Shown here: positions 19,336 to 28,531 of the stretch, piece by piece
Numbering within the stretch: position 1 is the first letter of the stretch
How the letters are laid out: each line of letters starts with the position of its first letter
NCBI GenBank assembly: GCA_965232545.1
Contig: OZ246979.1
Coordinates: forward strand, 5,811,287-5,875,286
Length of the DNA: 64,000 bases
Reading direction: 5' to 3'
DNA from: Candidatus Poribacteria bacterium
GTDB taxonomy: Bacteria; Poribacteria; WGA-4E; WGA-3G
Position numbers and translations under genes: made by a program
The notes under the pieces: generated by a model
Databases searched by the model: none
The model's input: the letters and a program-made list of their open reading frames with translations, nothing else
What the model was told of the DNA's origin: nothing

Positions 19336-21054
19336 ATGAAAAAGCGAAATCGATACCACAAACGCATTCTTCCCAGAAAAAAGAGATCAGTAGTCGAACA
19401 CATAGGGAATTATCGACGCATCCTGTTCACAACACTGCTCCTCGGTGTATTTTTATCGGGATTCTTAACTTCGTTTGGCGGAGACGGAGAGCAGACACCG
19501 ACTGCCTCCGCGGAATACACTTTCGATCAGTACGAGATCGTTACCGGCACAGCGAAACGCCAGACCGTTCTGACAGGGTTTCTTCTCGATGGTGATTTCG
19601 CCGAACTTGGTGTAGTGTACATCGACGAGAACGCTGACCGTCGTTTGCGTATCTACGCCTTTGGTAACGATACATGGACACCGAAACTCGACGCGACGCT
19701 GCGTCCCCAAGTGTTGTTCATCGATGTGGCAAATATTAACGGGTGCGACCGACTGATTACATACGAACGCGATCGCCTGAACTGGTTTGATCCAGAATCG
19801 TCGACACATCACGTGCTCGTAGAGGTACCTTCTAACTTCAAACCACCTCGCAGCGGCGAAATCCCTCATGTAGACATCACTCGGGACGTGAACGCCGACA
19901 AGCGCGACGACTTAGTGGTGCCTGACTCAGACGGCTTCTGGGTGTCCATCCAGATGAACGACGGCACGTTCGCCGATCCGGTGAAACTCGGTCCGCCTAC
20001 TGAGATGGAGAGGATCCTTGGAGCAGATGGATATCGATATAACCCCTGGTCGCAAAGCCGCATCTACGAAATCGACTACAACAGAGATGGACGCACCGAT
20101 CTCGTGTTCTGGGACGGAGATCACTTCAAGGTTCATCTCCAAGATGAGAGCGGATTGTTTGCACCAAATGCCAAAACTTTCACAACAGATGTGGCATTCG
20201 ACTCGGACCGACTTTCCTTACTCACTACAGGGAACATGGTAGGAAAGGTGTTGCACTCGTTGGCTGATCTGAACGGCGACGGAGCCGCTGACTTGGTGGT
20301 TTTCAAGCTTTCAGGCACAGACATCTCCAGCAAGCACTCCAGTTACGAGGTGCATTTCGGCGCGCTAACACCCGATGGCGGCACCACTTTCGCACCAGAT
20401 GCTGACATCGCGTTCCAGTCGGACGAGAAAATCCAACTCGGGATGGACCAGCACGACTTCAATCGCGATGGTCAGGTTGACCTAATGATTACGACGATCC
20501 ATACCGAGTGCCTCAAAGGCAGCCTTTGGAAGAGCATCAAGGGGTTCATGGGAGATGACATCGGGCTGGGACTTGAGTTCTACCAAATGGATGAAGGTCG
20601 CTATCCAAATACACCCAACACCACCCGTAGCATCGCGTTGGACGGAGTACCCAGCCATCGCGAACCAGGGTGGGTACCATTGGATGTTGTGCTCCGAGGA
20701 GCAACCCATGAGAGACGGAACGCTCAGCAGAGTTACCCACGCGCGTTCAACGCAACCTTGCGCATTGGGGATGTTACCGGCGACGGTCGTCCGGATCTCC
20801 TCATCGCCGATCACCCACGGATTATGGTTGTTTTCGTCGGCGTACCGGGACCGGAAATATTTGCCCAACAAGCTCAGAGGGTGGCAGTTGCTCTTCCCAA
20901 TGACGAAGAATACACCTATCTGGTGGACCTCAACAAGGACGGGGTACAGGATATCCTTATGCATCACCCATTCACGCTACGAGACGCTCACGGAGCCCAG
21001 AAACTGCCTACGGGAACTGAACCGCATCGGGTGAGGTTGCTGATTGCCCGATAA
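19336..21054 (+). CDS. FG-GAP/VCBS repeat (Ca-binding beta-propeller) exported protein
   Basis: Repeated D-x-N-x-D-G-x-x-D-L motifs (DYNRDGRTDL, DLNGDGAADL, DFNRDGQVDL, DLNKDGVQDI); N-terminal hydrophobic segment. Confidence 0.8.
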   Translation: MKKRNRYHKRILPRKKRSVVEHIGNYRRILFTTLLLGVFLSGFLTSFGGDGEQTPTASAEYTFDQYEIVTGTAKRQTVLTGFLLDGDFAELGVVYIDENADRRLRIYAFGNDTWTPKLDATLRPQVLFIDVANINGCDRLITYERDRLNWFDPESSTHHVLVEVPSNFKPPRSGEIPHVDITRDVNADKRDDLVVPDSDGFWVSIQMNDGTFADPVKLGPPTEMERILGADGYRYNPWSQSRIYEIDYNRDGRTDLVFWDGDHFKVHLQDESGLFAPNAKTFTTDVAFDSDRLSLLTTGNMVGKVLHSLADLNGDGAADLVVFKLSGTDISSKHSSYEVHFGALTPDGGTTFAPDADIAFQSDEKIQLGMDQHDFNRDGQVDLMITTIHTECLKGSLWKSIKGFMGDDIGLGLEFYQMDEGRYPNTPNTTRSIALDGVPSHREPGWVPLDVVLRGATHERRNAQQSYPRAFNATLRIGDVTGDGRPDLLIADHPRIMVVFVGVPGPEIFAQQAQRVAVALPNDEEYTYLVDLNKDGVQDILMHHPFTLRDAHGAQKLPTGTEPHRVRLLIAR

Positions 21055-21083
21055 ATCCATCGGTTATATTTTTTGTCTATCAC

Positions 21084-21114
21084 TTAACACTGTTCATTTA
21101 TTTACCTATGTTAA
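21084..21114 (+). promoter_or_regulatory. duplicated TetR-type operator pair upstream of FG-GAP gene 2
   Basis: TTAACACTGTTCA...TTACCTATGTTAA, near-identical to 19275-19305. Confidence 0.65.
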
Positions 21115-21142
21115 TTTATTGAAAATCCGAAAGGGAACAAAA

Positions 21143-22828
21143 ATGAAAAAGCGAAACCCATTCCACAAATACTGGATTTCCGATGAACTTAGTTCTCTGT
21201 CTCCACGCACAAGGCATTATCAACGAAGCCTGTTTTCCATACTGGTTTGCGGGATCCTCCTGTCGGGCTGTTCAGGTTTGCTCAATAAGGATGTTGTTCC
21301 GATGCCGCACGCCGCCGCTGAGCCGACCTTTGAGCAGTATAAGGTTATCACCAGCACAGCGAAACACCAAACCGTTTTAACAGGATTCCTGCTCGGTGGT
21401 GCTATCGCGGATCTCGCCATGGTAAGCGTCGATGAGAACCACGATCGTTGGTTGCGCGTCTACGCATTCAGCGACGGTACCTGGGGCCCGAAGCTCGATG
21501 TAATGCTGCATCCGCAAGTGTTGTTTGTTGACGTGGCCAACATCGATGGACACGACCGCTTGATTACGTACGAGCACGGTAAACTGAATTGGTTCGATCC
21601 CGAATCGGCGACGGAACGCGCACTGGTGGAAGTCACTATGAAATATAAAGCGACGGGCGAAGCCGGAATCCCGCATATTGATATCACCCGAGACGTAAAC
21701 CGCGACGGCTGCGACGACTTGGTGATACCCGATGTTGATGGGTTCTGGATATCCACGCAATTGCGCAACGGCTCATTCACTGATCCCGTAAAACTCGGTC
21801 CTCCCGAACCATTTCTCGGCGAGATTGCCTTAGATGATACGCGTAGCTACGGCGAGGTCGGTATAACTGCCTCGACCGTTCCTTGGTATCTGAGTCGTGT
21901 CCACGAGGTGGACTACAACCAGGATGGGCGCAGCGATCTCGTGTTCTGGAACAAGGACCATTTCGACGTTTATTACCAAGACGCGCAGGGTCTGTTTTCT
22001 CCTGTCGCTGAGACCTTCACGATTCCCGAAGTGCCATTCGACACTGACGGTGCTTACTCGATCGCCTTCGGATTCGGCGGCGAGAGTTCGTTTTCGCTCA
22101 TCTTTGGATTCAGAGAGAACACGAAGATGAGGGTGCTGCACTCATTCCGCGATGTGAATGGCGATAGTGTTGCCGACCTTGTGATCCTCTCGCTAGAGGG
22201 ACGAAGTCTACTGAACCAGCGCAGCCTATACGAGGTGCATTTCGGTACACCAACACCCGACGGCATCTTGTTCGCACGGGAGGTCAGCACGGTGATCCAA
22301 CCGCAAGGAACCGCTGGTGGATTGCAGCACTCCGGATATTCGTCGGTGTGGTTACAGGATTTCGACGCCGATGGTCAGATCGACATTATGTTCAGAGACG
22401 TAAAGATAGGTCTCGGGGGGATGATGCGTGCCCTCCTCGGCAATTCCATCATGATAGATGTTGAATTCTATCGAATCGAAGACGGTATCTACCCCGACAA
22501 GCCAACTGCCACGCATAAAATTAGACCCCGCATCAACCTCTTTGACAGACAAAACATATTCTTATCGCCGGTGCTGATGGGAGATGTAAACGGCGATAGA
22601 CGCTTGGATCTGTTGGTGGGGAAGAGCCGGGAGGAGCTGCAAGTCTTTATCGGTGTACCTGGGGCCGACCTATTGGCGCAGCAGCCCAAAAAGGTCGCGG
22701 TCACCTTGCCTATGGACGAACGGAATACCCGGCTGGTAGACCTCAACAAGGACAGTAAACAAGACATTTTCATGTATCATCCATCCACTACCGAACCACA
22801 TCGGGTGACACTACTGGTCGCTCAATAA
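21143..22828 (+). CDS. FG-GAP/VCBS repeat lipoprotein (paralog)
   Basis: MKKRN start as in the paralog; lipobox LLSGC; DVNRDGCDDL, DYNQDGRSDL, DVNGDSVADL, DVNGDRRLDL. Confidence 0.8.
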   Translation: MKKRNPFHKYWISDELSSLSPRTRHYQRSLFSILVCGILLSGCSGLLNKDVVPMPHAAAEPTFEQYKVITSTAKHQTVLTGFLLGGAIADLAMVSVDENHDRWLRVYAFSDGTWGPKLDVMLHPQVLFVDVANIDGHDRLITYEHGKLNWFDPESATERALVEVTMKYKATGEAGIPHIDITRDVNRDGCDDLVIPDVDGFWISTQLRNGSFTDPVKLGPPEPFLGEIALDDTRSYGEVGITASTVPWYLSRVHEVDYNQDGRSDLVFWNKDHFDVYYQDAQGLFSPVAETFTIPEVPFDTDGAYSIAFGFGGESSFSLIFGFRENTKMRVLHSFRDVNGDSVADLVILSLEGRSLLNQRSLYEVHFGTPTPDGILFAREVSTVIQPQGTAGGLQHSGYSSVWLQDFDADGQIDIMFRDVKIGLGGMMRALLGNSIMIDVEFYRIEDGIYPDKPTATHKIRPRINLFDRQNIFLSPVLMGDVNGDRRLDLLVGKSREELQVFIGVPGADLLAQQPKKVAVTLPMDERNTRLVDLNKDSKQDIFMYHPSTTEPHRVTLLVAQ

Positions 22829-22846
22829 ACAAAAAGGAGTAAAACA

Positions 22847-23398
22847 ATGACACGCACAATTTTCTGTCTAACCTATATCCTTATCGGGATAACCTTCAGT
22901 TTCTCAGCACAAGCACAAGAAAACGAACTTGCTCAAAACGGTGCGCAGCAAGACAAATTCCTCACGAGTGACTCGACATTTGGCATCGGACTTCAGGGGG
23001 CTACCTCTGAATTTGGTGGAATTAGTTTTCGCTACACTGGACTCGCCCCCATATACTTTCAAACCGTTGGACGTTTTATTCTCAAGGATCAGGATAGCGA
23101 CCACATGTTCGGAGGTGGCATCTCATACGCTATATTTGAGCACCAAGGCAGGTGGCATACATCACGACTCTATTTCACCTTAGAAGGGGGTTGGCAATAT
23201 AAAGAGGAACAGAATGTCCTTACCACGACGTTAGGAGGTGGACTCGCTTTTGGAGGTGAACTTGTGTTCTCACTCGGCGGTATTCCGCTCGGTTTGAACG
23301 TGGAAGTCGGACAAGGATTTGGCAGGGAAAAAACCGACGCACAATCTAAAGGTCTCGCGGGGGTTTTTGTAGGAATGGGTATACATGCCTATTTTTGA
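22847..23398 (+). CDS. putative small outer-membrane beta-barrel protein
   Basis: Signal peptide, alternating Gly/aromatic strands, terminal aromatic residue (GMGIHAYF). Confidence 0.55.
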   Translation: MTRTIFCLTYILIGITFSFSAQAQENELAQNGAQQDKFLTSDSTFGIGLQGATSEFGGISFRYTGLAPIYFQTVGRFILKDQDSDHMFGGGISYAIFEHQGRWHTSRLYFTLEGGWQYKEEQNVLTTTLGGGLAFGGELVFSLGGIPLGLNVEVGQGFGREKTDAQSKGLAGVFVGMGIHAYF

Positions 23399-23468
23399 TG
23401 AAAGCCTTGCCTTATAGATTGAGTCGAATATAATCTCGCCAAAAAAAGGCGTAGCAAAACGTATACAG

Positions 23469-23498
23469 AAAGGCATTGGCACGACAGCCAGTGCCTTT
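23469..23498. terminator. putative bidirectional terminator
   Basis: aaaggcattggc/gccagtgccttt stem between convergent genes. Confidence 0.5.
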
Positions 23499-23699
23499 GA
23501 AACTAAAACTAACAACGCTGAGCATTCCTGACTCACGAAATTTTCATAGCAACTTTCATAGCAACCTCTTAAAAAATCGCCCTAAACCCAATAATGTTCA
23601 TTTACACGCGTCCATTGGCTGTCGTTAGACTTGGTTGTTATATTTGCATGCTAATCAATGCACGCAGGCAATGTTGGATACATTTGACCGACAGTTGAC

Positions 23700-25439
23700 T
23701 TAATTGCCAGCATGTATGCCTGCGAATTGTTTCTGGAATAGGTCGTGATATACACCACCCCGTTGAAGCAGTTCGGCATGTGTACCGGTTTCAACGAGCC
23801 TACCGTCTTTGAGGACAAGGATTTTGTCAGCATCTAAAATGGTTGAGAGTCGGTGTGCGATGACGAAACTGGTGCGTCCTCTCATGAGGCGTGTGAGTGC
23901 TTCTTGGACGAGTGCCTCGGATTCTGCATCCAAAGACGATGTTGCCTCATCAAGAATGAGGATTTTGGGGTCTCTAATAAGCACGCGCGCGATAGCGATC
24001 CGTTGCTGTTCACCCCCAGACAGTCGAACGCCGCGCTCACCAACTTTCGTCTCATACTGCTCTGGGAAATTCATGATGAAATCGTGGGCATTTGCTAACT
24101 TCGCGGCGGCGACGATCTCTTCGTGTGTGACTGCTTCTGGGTCTTCCGCACCCAGACGGATATTGTAGGAGATGCTTTCAGCGAACAGATACGGATCTTG
24201 AAAAACGATGCCGATATGGGCCCGTAGAGACTGGATTTGGATCTCTTGGATGGGAATGGCATCTATCAAGATACTGCCTTGCTGTGGATCATAGAAACGT
24301 GGAATTAAACTGATGAGGGTGCTTTTACCTGCACCACTGGGTCCAACTAATGCGACCGTCTCATCGGGTTCCGCTTGAAAGTTCATTTCTTGTAAAATCG
24401 GTGCCGCTTCGTTATATTCAAAGGAGACGTTGGAGAATTGGACACGTCCCTCAATTTGTTCTATCGGTGTTCCTTCTCGCGATTCTTCCTCATGTTCATC
24501 GAAGAACGCGAAAATACGCCGAGCGGCAACCATGATTGACGGGATTCCGAGATGGAGTTTTACAAGTTGTGACACAGGCGCGTGTACATTGCCAAAATAG
24601 TGTATGATGACAAGAAGCTCACCGATGGTAATCGCATCGCGCAGGACGTAACCCCCGCCTATGAAAAATATGAGACCCCGGGCTAACCAGAATAGAATGA
24701 TGGTGAACCCACCGCCTGCCTGCCGAATGAGTCCGTGTCTAATGCCGATTGCGATGAGCCGTTCGATAAACTGGCGTAGGTTCTTTAAATCATAAAATTC
24801 CTTTCCTAATCCTTTCAGCTCACGAGAACCAGCAATGCTTTCCTGTAGTTTGCTTGACAGGCGTGCGTTCTGTTCTTGGATTTCCTCACCCATTCGACCG
24901 AGCGGTTTATCCAAAACCGCGGGGATGATTATGTTTACGGCGACGAGTAATAAGGAGAGAATACACAACTGATAGTTGATGTATGTAATAATACCGAGTG
25001 TTACAACGAGCATAATACCGTTTATAATATAGTCGCCAGCAAACAAGTTGAATCCTTGCACCGCTGCTGGCGTATCTGATGTGAACGTCGCCATGACTTT
25101 GCCGGTTTGGTGCGTGTCGTAAAATTTGAATCCTAATTTGCGGAGATGGTGGTAGGCTTCAAATTGAATGTCTTTCGATCCATTCTCCGAAACCTTCGCC
25201 GGAAAGTAAGTCGTTCCAAATCGGAAAAAGTACATACCGACCGCAGTTAGAGCATAGAATCCGCAGGTAGGTAGCAACAGTTCAGCGTTTTTTGGGATAA
25301 AGACATCGTCGATCAGAATCTTCCGAAGCCAGGGCCATATAAGGCTACAGCCTGAGTTGCCCAATGCGCAGAAGATAAAGAGCAGTTGGAAGTGCCAATA
25401 CGGTTTTAGATACGACAACAGTCGCAGAATGTCTTTCAT
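23700..25439 (-). CDS. ABC exporter (MsbA-like TMD+NBD), paralog 2
   Basis: GPSGAGKS, LSGGEQQR, ILDEATS; starts MKDILRLL 1 nt after the paralog 1 stop. Confidence 0.9.
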   Translation of the reverse strand: MKDILRLLSYLKPYWHFQLLFIFCALGNSGCSLIWPWLRKILIDDVFIPKNAELLLPTCGFYALTAVGMYFFRFGTTYFPAKVSENGSKDIQFEAYHHLRKLGFKFYDTHQTGKVMATFTSDTPAAVQGFNLFAGDYIINGIMLVVTLGIITYINYQLCILSLLLVAVNIIIPAVLDKPLGRMGEEIQEQNARLSSKLQESIAGSRELKGLGKEFYDLKNLRQFIERLIAIGIRHGLIRQAGGGFTIILFWLARGLIFFIGGGYVLRDAITIGELLVIIHYFGNVHAPVSQLVKLHLGIPSIMVAARRIFAFFDEHEEESREGTPIEQIEGRVQFSNVSFEYNEAAPILQEMNFQAEPDETVALVGPSGAGKSTLISLIPRFYDPQQGSILIDAIPIQEIQIQSLRAHIGIVFQDPYLFAESISYNIRLGAEDPEAVTHEEIVAAAKLANAHDFIMNFPEQYETKVGERGVRLSGGEQQRIAIARVLIRDPKILILDEATSSLDAESEALVQEALTRLMRGRTSFVIAHRLSTILDADKILVLKDGRLVETGTHAELLQRGGVYHDLFQKQFAGIHAGN

Positions 25440-25440
25440 G

Positions 25441-27174
25441 TTACGCCCCCTTTTGCATTCCTGCGAACTGTTTCTGGAATAGGTCGTGATATACACCACT
25501 ACGTTGAATCAACTCAGCGTGTGTGCCGGATTCAACGAGTTCTCCATCGCTGAGTACAAGAATCTTGTCAGCGTTCAAGATGGTTGAGAGTCGGTGTGCG
25601 ATGACGAAACTGGTGCGACCTCTCATGAGGTGTGTGAGTGCTTCTTGAACGAGTGCTTCGGATTCTGCGTCCAAAGATGATGTTGCCTCATCGAGAATGA
25701 GGATTTTGGGGTCTCTGATAAGCACGCGCGCAATGGCAATGCGTTGCTGTTCGCCGCCGGATAACTGAACCCCACGTTCGCCGATTTCACTCTCATATTG
25801 TTCAGGAAATTTCATGATAAAGTCGTGTGCGTTTGCTAACTTTGCGGCGGCGATAACCTCTTCGTGTGTGACTGCTTCTGGATCCGCTGCACCTAAGCGG
25901 ATGTTGTAGGCGATGCTCTCGGCGAATAGATATGGGTCTTGAAAAACAGTGCCGATATGCGATCGCAACGATTGGATTTGGATTGTATTGATCGGTGTGG
26001 CGTCGATAAGGATATTACCGTGTTGGGGTTCATAAAAGCGCGGAATTAGGCTCACCAAAGTGCTCTTACCGGCACCGCTGGGTCCGACTATCGCAATTGT
26101 TTCGCCGGGTTCTGCTTGGAAACGAATCCGTTTCAAAACGGGGTGTGCTTCGCTGTATTCAAAGGAGACATCAGAAAATTGAATGCTTCCCTCAATTTGC
26201 GTGAGAGGTGTACCATCTTGAGGTTCTTGCTCGTGTTCATCAAAGAACGCGAAAATCCGACGAACCGCCGCCATGACGGATGGAATGCTGAGATGAAGGC
26301 TTACGAGAAAGTGCACAGGACGTTGCAGCGCATTGAACCACATGACTACCGCAAAGAGTTCTCCCACGGTCATCGCGTCTCGTAGGACATACCCACCTCC
26401 CACCAGAAGCACCAGGGCATCGCTGAGCCACCAGATGACTAAGATATCCCCCACCTTTTGGATCTTTACCTGTTTGATACGGATTGTCACAAGTTGCTTC
26501 AGAAAGTGATGGATGTTTTTTAAATCGTAGAGTTCTTTCCCCAATCCCTTGAGTTCACGGGAACCGGCAATGCTTTCCTGAAGGTTGCTTGACAGTATAG
26601 CGTTTTGTTCCTGTACTTCCTCTCCTATGCGATTAAGGGATTTGTTTAAAAGGATTGGCATCAAGACGGTCACGCCGACGAGGAGCAGTGAGAGAAGGCA
26701 TAACTGCCAACTAACGTGCATGACGACAGGGATAGTAACAATGAGCAGAATGGTGTTCGTCGGGTAGTCGCTGGCAAATATCTGGAACCCCTCTATCGCC
26801 TTTGGCGTGTCTGACGTGAACAGTGCCATGACCTTGCCGGTCTGCTGCGTGTCGTAAAATTTGAAGCCTAATCTACGGAGGTGATGGTAGGCGGCGAGTT
26901 GGATGTCTTTCGCGGCGTTTTGTGCGACCTTTATAGGAAAGTAAGCGAATCCAAGTGAAAAGAGGTACATGCCGAAGGCGATCAGCATCCAGAATCCGCA
27001 CGTAGGCAATAGTTTATCGGCATCTTTTGCGAGAAAGACATCGTCAATCAGAATCTTTTCAATCCAAGGAAGAACGATGAACCCACTCCAGTAACCGAGC
27101 GTGCAAAGAATGTAAAGCCCTTGGAAATGCCAATACGGTTTTAGGTATGACAGGAGCCGCAGAACATCTTTCAT
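25441..27174 (-). CDS. ABC exporter (MsbA-like TMD+NBD), paralog 1
   Basis: Same motifs; starts MKDVLRLL. Confidence 0.9.
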   Translation of the reverse strand: MKDVLRLLSYLKPYWHFQGLYILCTLGYWSGFIVLPWIEKILIDDVFLAKDADKLLPTCGFWMLIAFGMYLFSLGFAYFPIKVAQNAAKDIQLAAYHHLRRLGFKFYDTQQTGKVMALFTSDTPKAIEGFQIFASDYPTNTILLIVTIPVVMHVSWQLCLLSLLLVGVTVLMPILLNKSLNRIGEEVQEQNAILSSNLQESIAGSRELKGLGKELYDLKNIHHFLKQLVTIRIKQVKIQKVGDILVIWWLSDALVLLVGGGYVLRDAMTVGELFAVVMWFNALQRPVHFLVSLHLSIPSVMAAVRRIFAFFDEHEQEPQDGTPLTQIEGSIQFSDVSFEYSEAHPVLKRIRFQAEPGETIAIVGPSGAGKSTLVSLIPRFYEPQHGNILIDATPINTIQIQSLRSHIGTVFQDPYLFAESIAYNIRLGAADPEAVTHEEVIAAAKLANAHDFIMKFPEQYESEIGERGVQLSGGEQQRIAIARVLIRDPKILILDEATSSLDAESEALVQEALTHLMRGRTSFVIAHRLSTILNADKILVLSDGELVESGTHAELIQRSGVYHDLFQKQFAGMQKGA

Positions 27175-27205
27175 ATCACGTTTTCTTTTTTGGGGACGCG
27201 AATAA

Positions 27206-27248
27206 GGCTTCGGTCTGAAAGGATAAAAATCTCCCACAGACCGAAGCC
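27206..27248 (-). promoter_or_regulatory. 5' leader hairpin of the ABC exporter pair
   Basis: Perfect 12-bp inverted repeat ggcttcggtctg/cagaccgaagcc with 19-nt loop. Confidence 0.45.
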
Positions 27249-27377
27249 GACCGAAAACAGTGGCATCTCAGCCAAGCATATTTCTTGACTGAAAAGACCC
27301 TATTCCCGGTCCCTCTATGCGCGTATTGTTACTACAAACGAGTCCCTAAAAAGTTGCATATTTCCATTTTTTATTTT

Positions 27378-27410
27378 TAGTGACGCGATTTGGAGACGAA
27401 AAGGATGCAT
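27378..27410 (-). promoter_or_regulatory. ECF-type promoter (copy 3)
   Basis: Minus strand ATGCATC-CTTTTC-gtctccaaat-CGCGTCACTA, matching copies 1 and 2. Confidence 0.6.
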
Positions 27411-27449
27411 GATTTTGCAAAAAATCGTAAAAAGTGGAAGATAGGGTCT

Positions 27450-28475
27450 TTATTCTTGCCAAATGCCGATTTCTTGATAGAAACGGACTGCACCCGGATG
27501 AAAAGGGGTGCCTATATCCTTGACGACATTTTTCGGATTGATGGCTTTGCCAGCACCATGCCGTTTCACGACTTCCGCGCGATGCGTATACAAAGTCTTT
27601 ACGAATTCGTAAACCGTATTTTCATCTGCATTCTCAGCGGTAATCAGGTGCATCGCGCCTACGTTCATGCTCGCAAACGGTTCTGTCTGTCCTTTGTAGG
27701 TATTGGCAGGGATCGTTACGGCATTAAAGAAAGGATAATCTGCAAAGAGAGACTGTTTCGCAGCATCGTCGAATGGGATGAAAAAGATGTTTTGAGACGT
27801 ACTGGCTTGGGTAGCGGCTGGTGTTGGGATCGCACCACCGACGAATGCAGCGGCGGCAGAACCGTCTGCTAACAAATCTACTGCCCCGATATAAGTGCTA
27901 TTGATCGGCGTGAAATCCTCGTAGGTGATACCGTGTGCCGCCAGTATCGGTTTAAGGAAATACTCAAAGCCCGCACCTGCGGGTCCAACAACAATCCGTT
28001 TACCGGCGAAGTCGCGGATGCTACGGATATCGGAGGACTGCGGTGTAAGGAATAGCCCAACGTTCGGAGCAAGCGTCATGATGTTACGGATAGCGTGTTC
28101 GGTCGCCCACGCCCCTTCACCGCGCACAGCAAAATAGGAGATTGCGGCGTTAGCGAGTGCAAATTCCAGTTCACCATTCACGACGCGCCGGATGTTTTCC
28201 TGTGTGCCTTTCGTGGCTTCAGCCGTCACTTCCCAGTTTGCGTCTTGGATGTTCCCGTCGACGACCTCGGCGATTGCGGAACCCACGACGAAGAACGCAC
28301 CACCAGCAGGGGCAGTGCCAATGCTGATATAGCGACGTTTTCTGGAATTATCGTTCACTAACTCGGCGGGTGTATCACCCTTCTCGTTTTGGGCGGTGTC
28401 GCGTTTTGAAGCATTATCGCACCCAATTGCGAGTATAACGCAGAGAATCGATAGATAGGACAAGATTGATTTCAT
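27450..28475 (-). CDS. TAXI family TRAP transporter solute-binding lipoprotein
   Basis: Lipobox LAIGC; ISIGTAPAGGAFF, EATKGTQENI, PFHPGAVRFY. Confidence 0.85.
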   Translation of the reverse strand: MKSILSYLSILCVILAIGCDNASKRDTAQNEKGDTPAELVNDNSRKRRYISIGTAPAGGAFFVVGSAIAEVVDGNIQDANWEVTAEATKGTQENIRRVVNGELEFALANAAISYFAVRGEGAWATEHAIRNIMTLAPNVGLFLTPQSSDIRSIRDFAGKRIVVGPAGAGFEYFLKPILAAHGITYEDFTPINSTYIGAVDLLADGSAAAAFVGGAIPTPAATQASTSQNIFFIPFDDAAKQSLFADYPFFNAVTIPANTYKGQTEPFASMNVGAMHLITAENADENTVYEFVKTLYTHRAEVVKRHGAGKAINPKNVVKDIGTPFHPGAVRFYQEIGIWQE

Positions 28476-28531
28476 GAGAGTCTCCTATAGGTTATGGTTA
28501 TTTCGGGCTTACAAAGCTCTCCCATTCCGTA

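Noticed and set aside
23540-23570. Tandem TTTCATAGCAAC duplication downstream of convergent genes
   Set aside because: Only two copies and not near a promoter; no supportable function.
27171-27266. 31-aa ORF (MPLFSVGFGLWEIF...) overlapping the ABC start, as a leader or precursor peptide
   Set aside because: Any ATGAAA start creates an overlapping TGA, so the coupling is uninformative; the SD is weak and there are no RiPP features.
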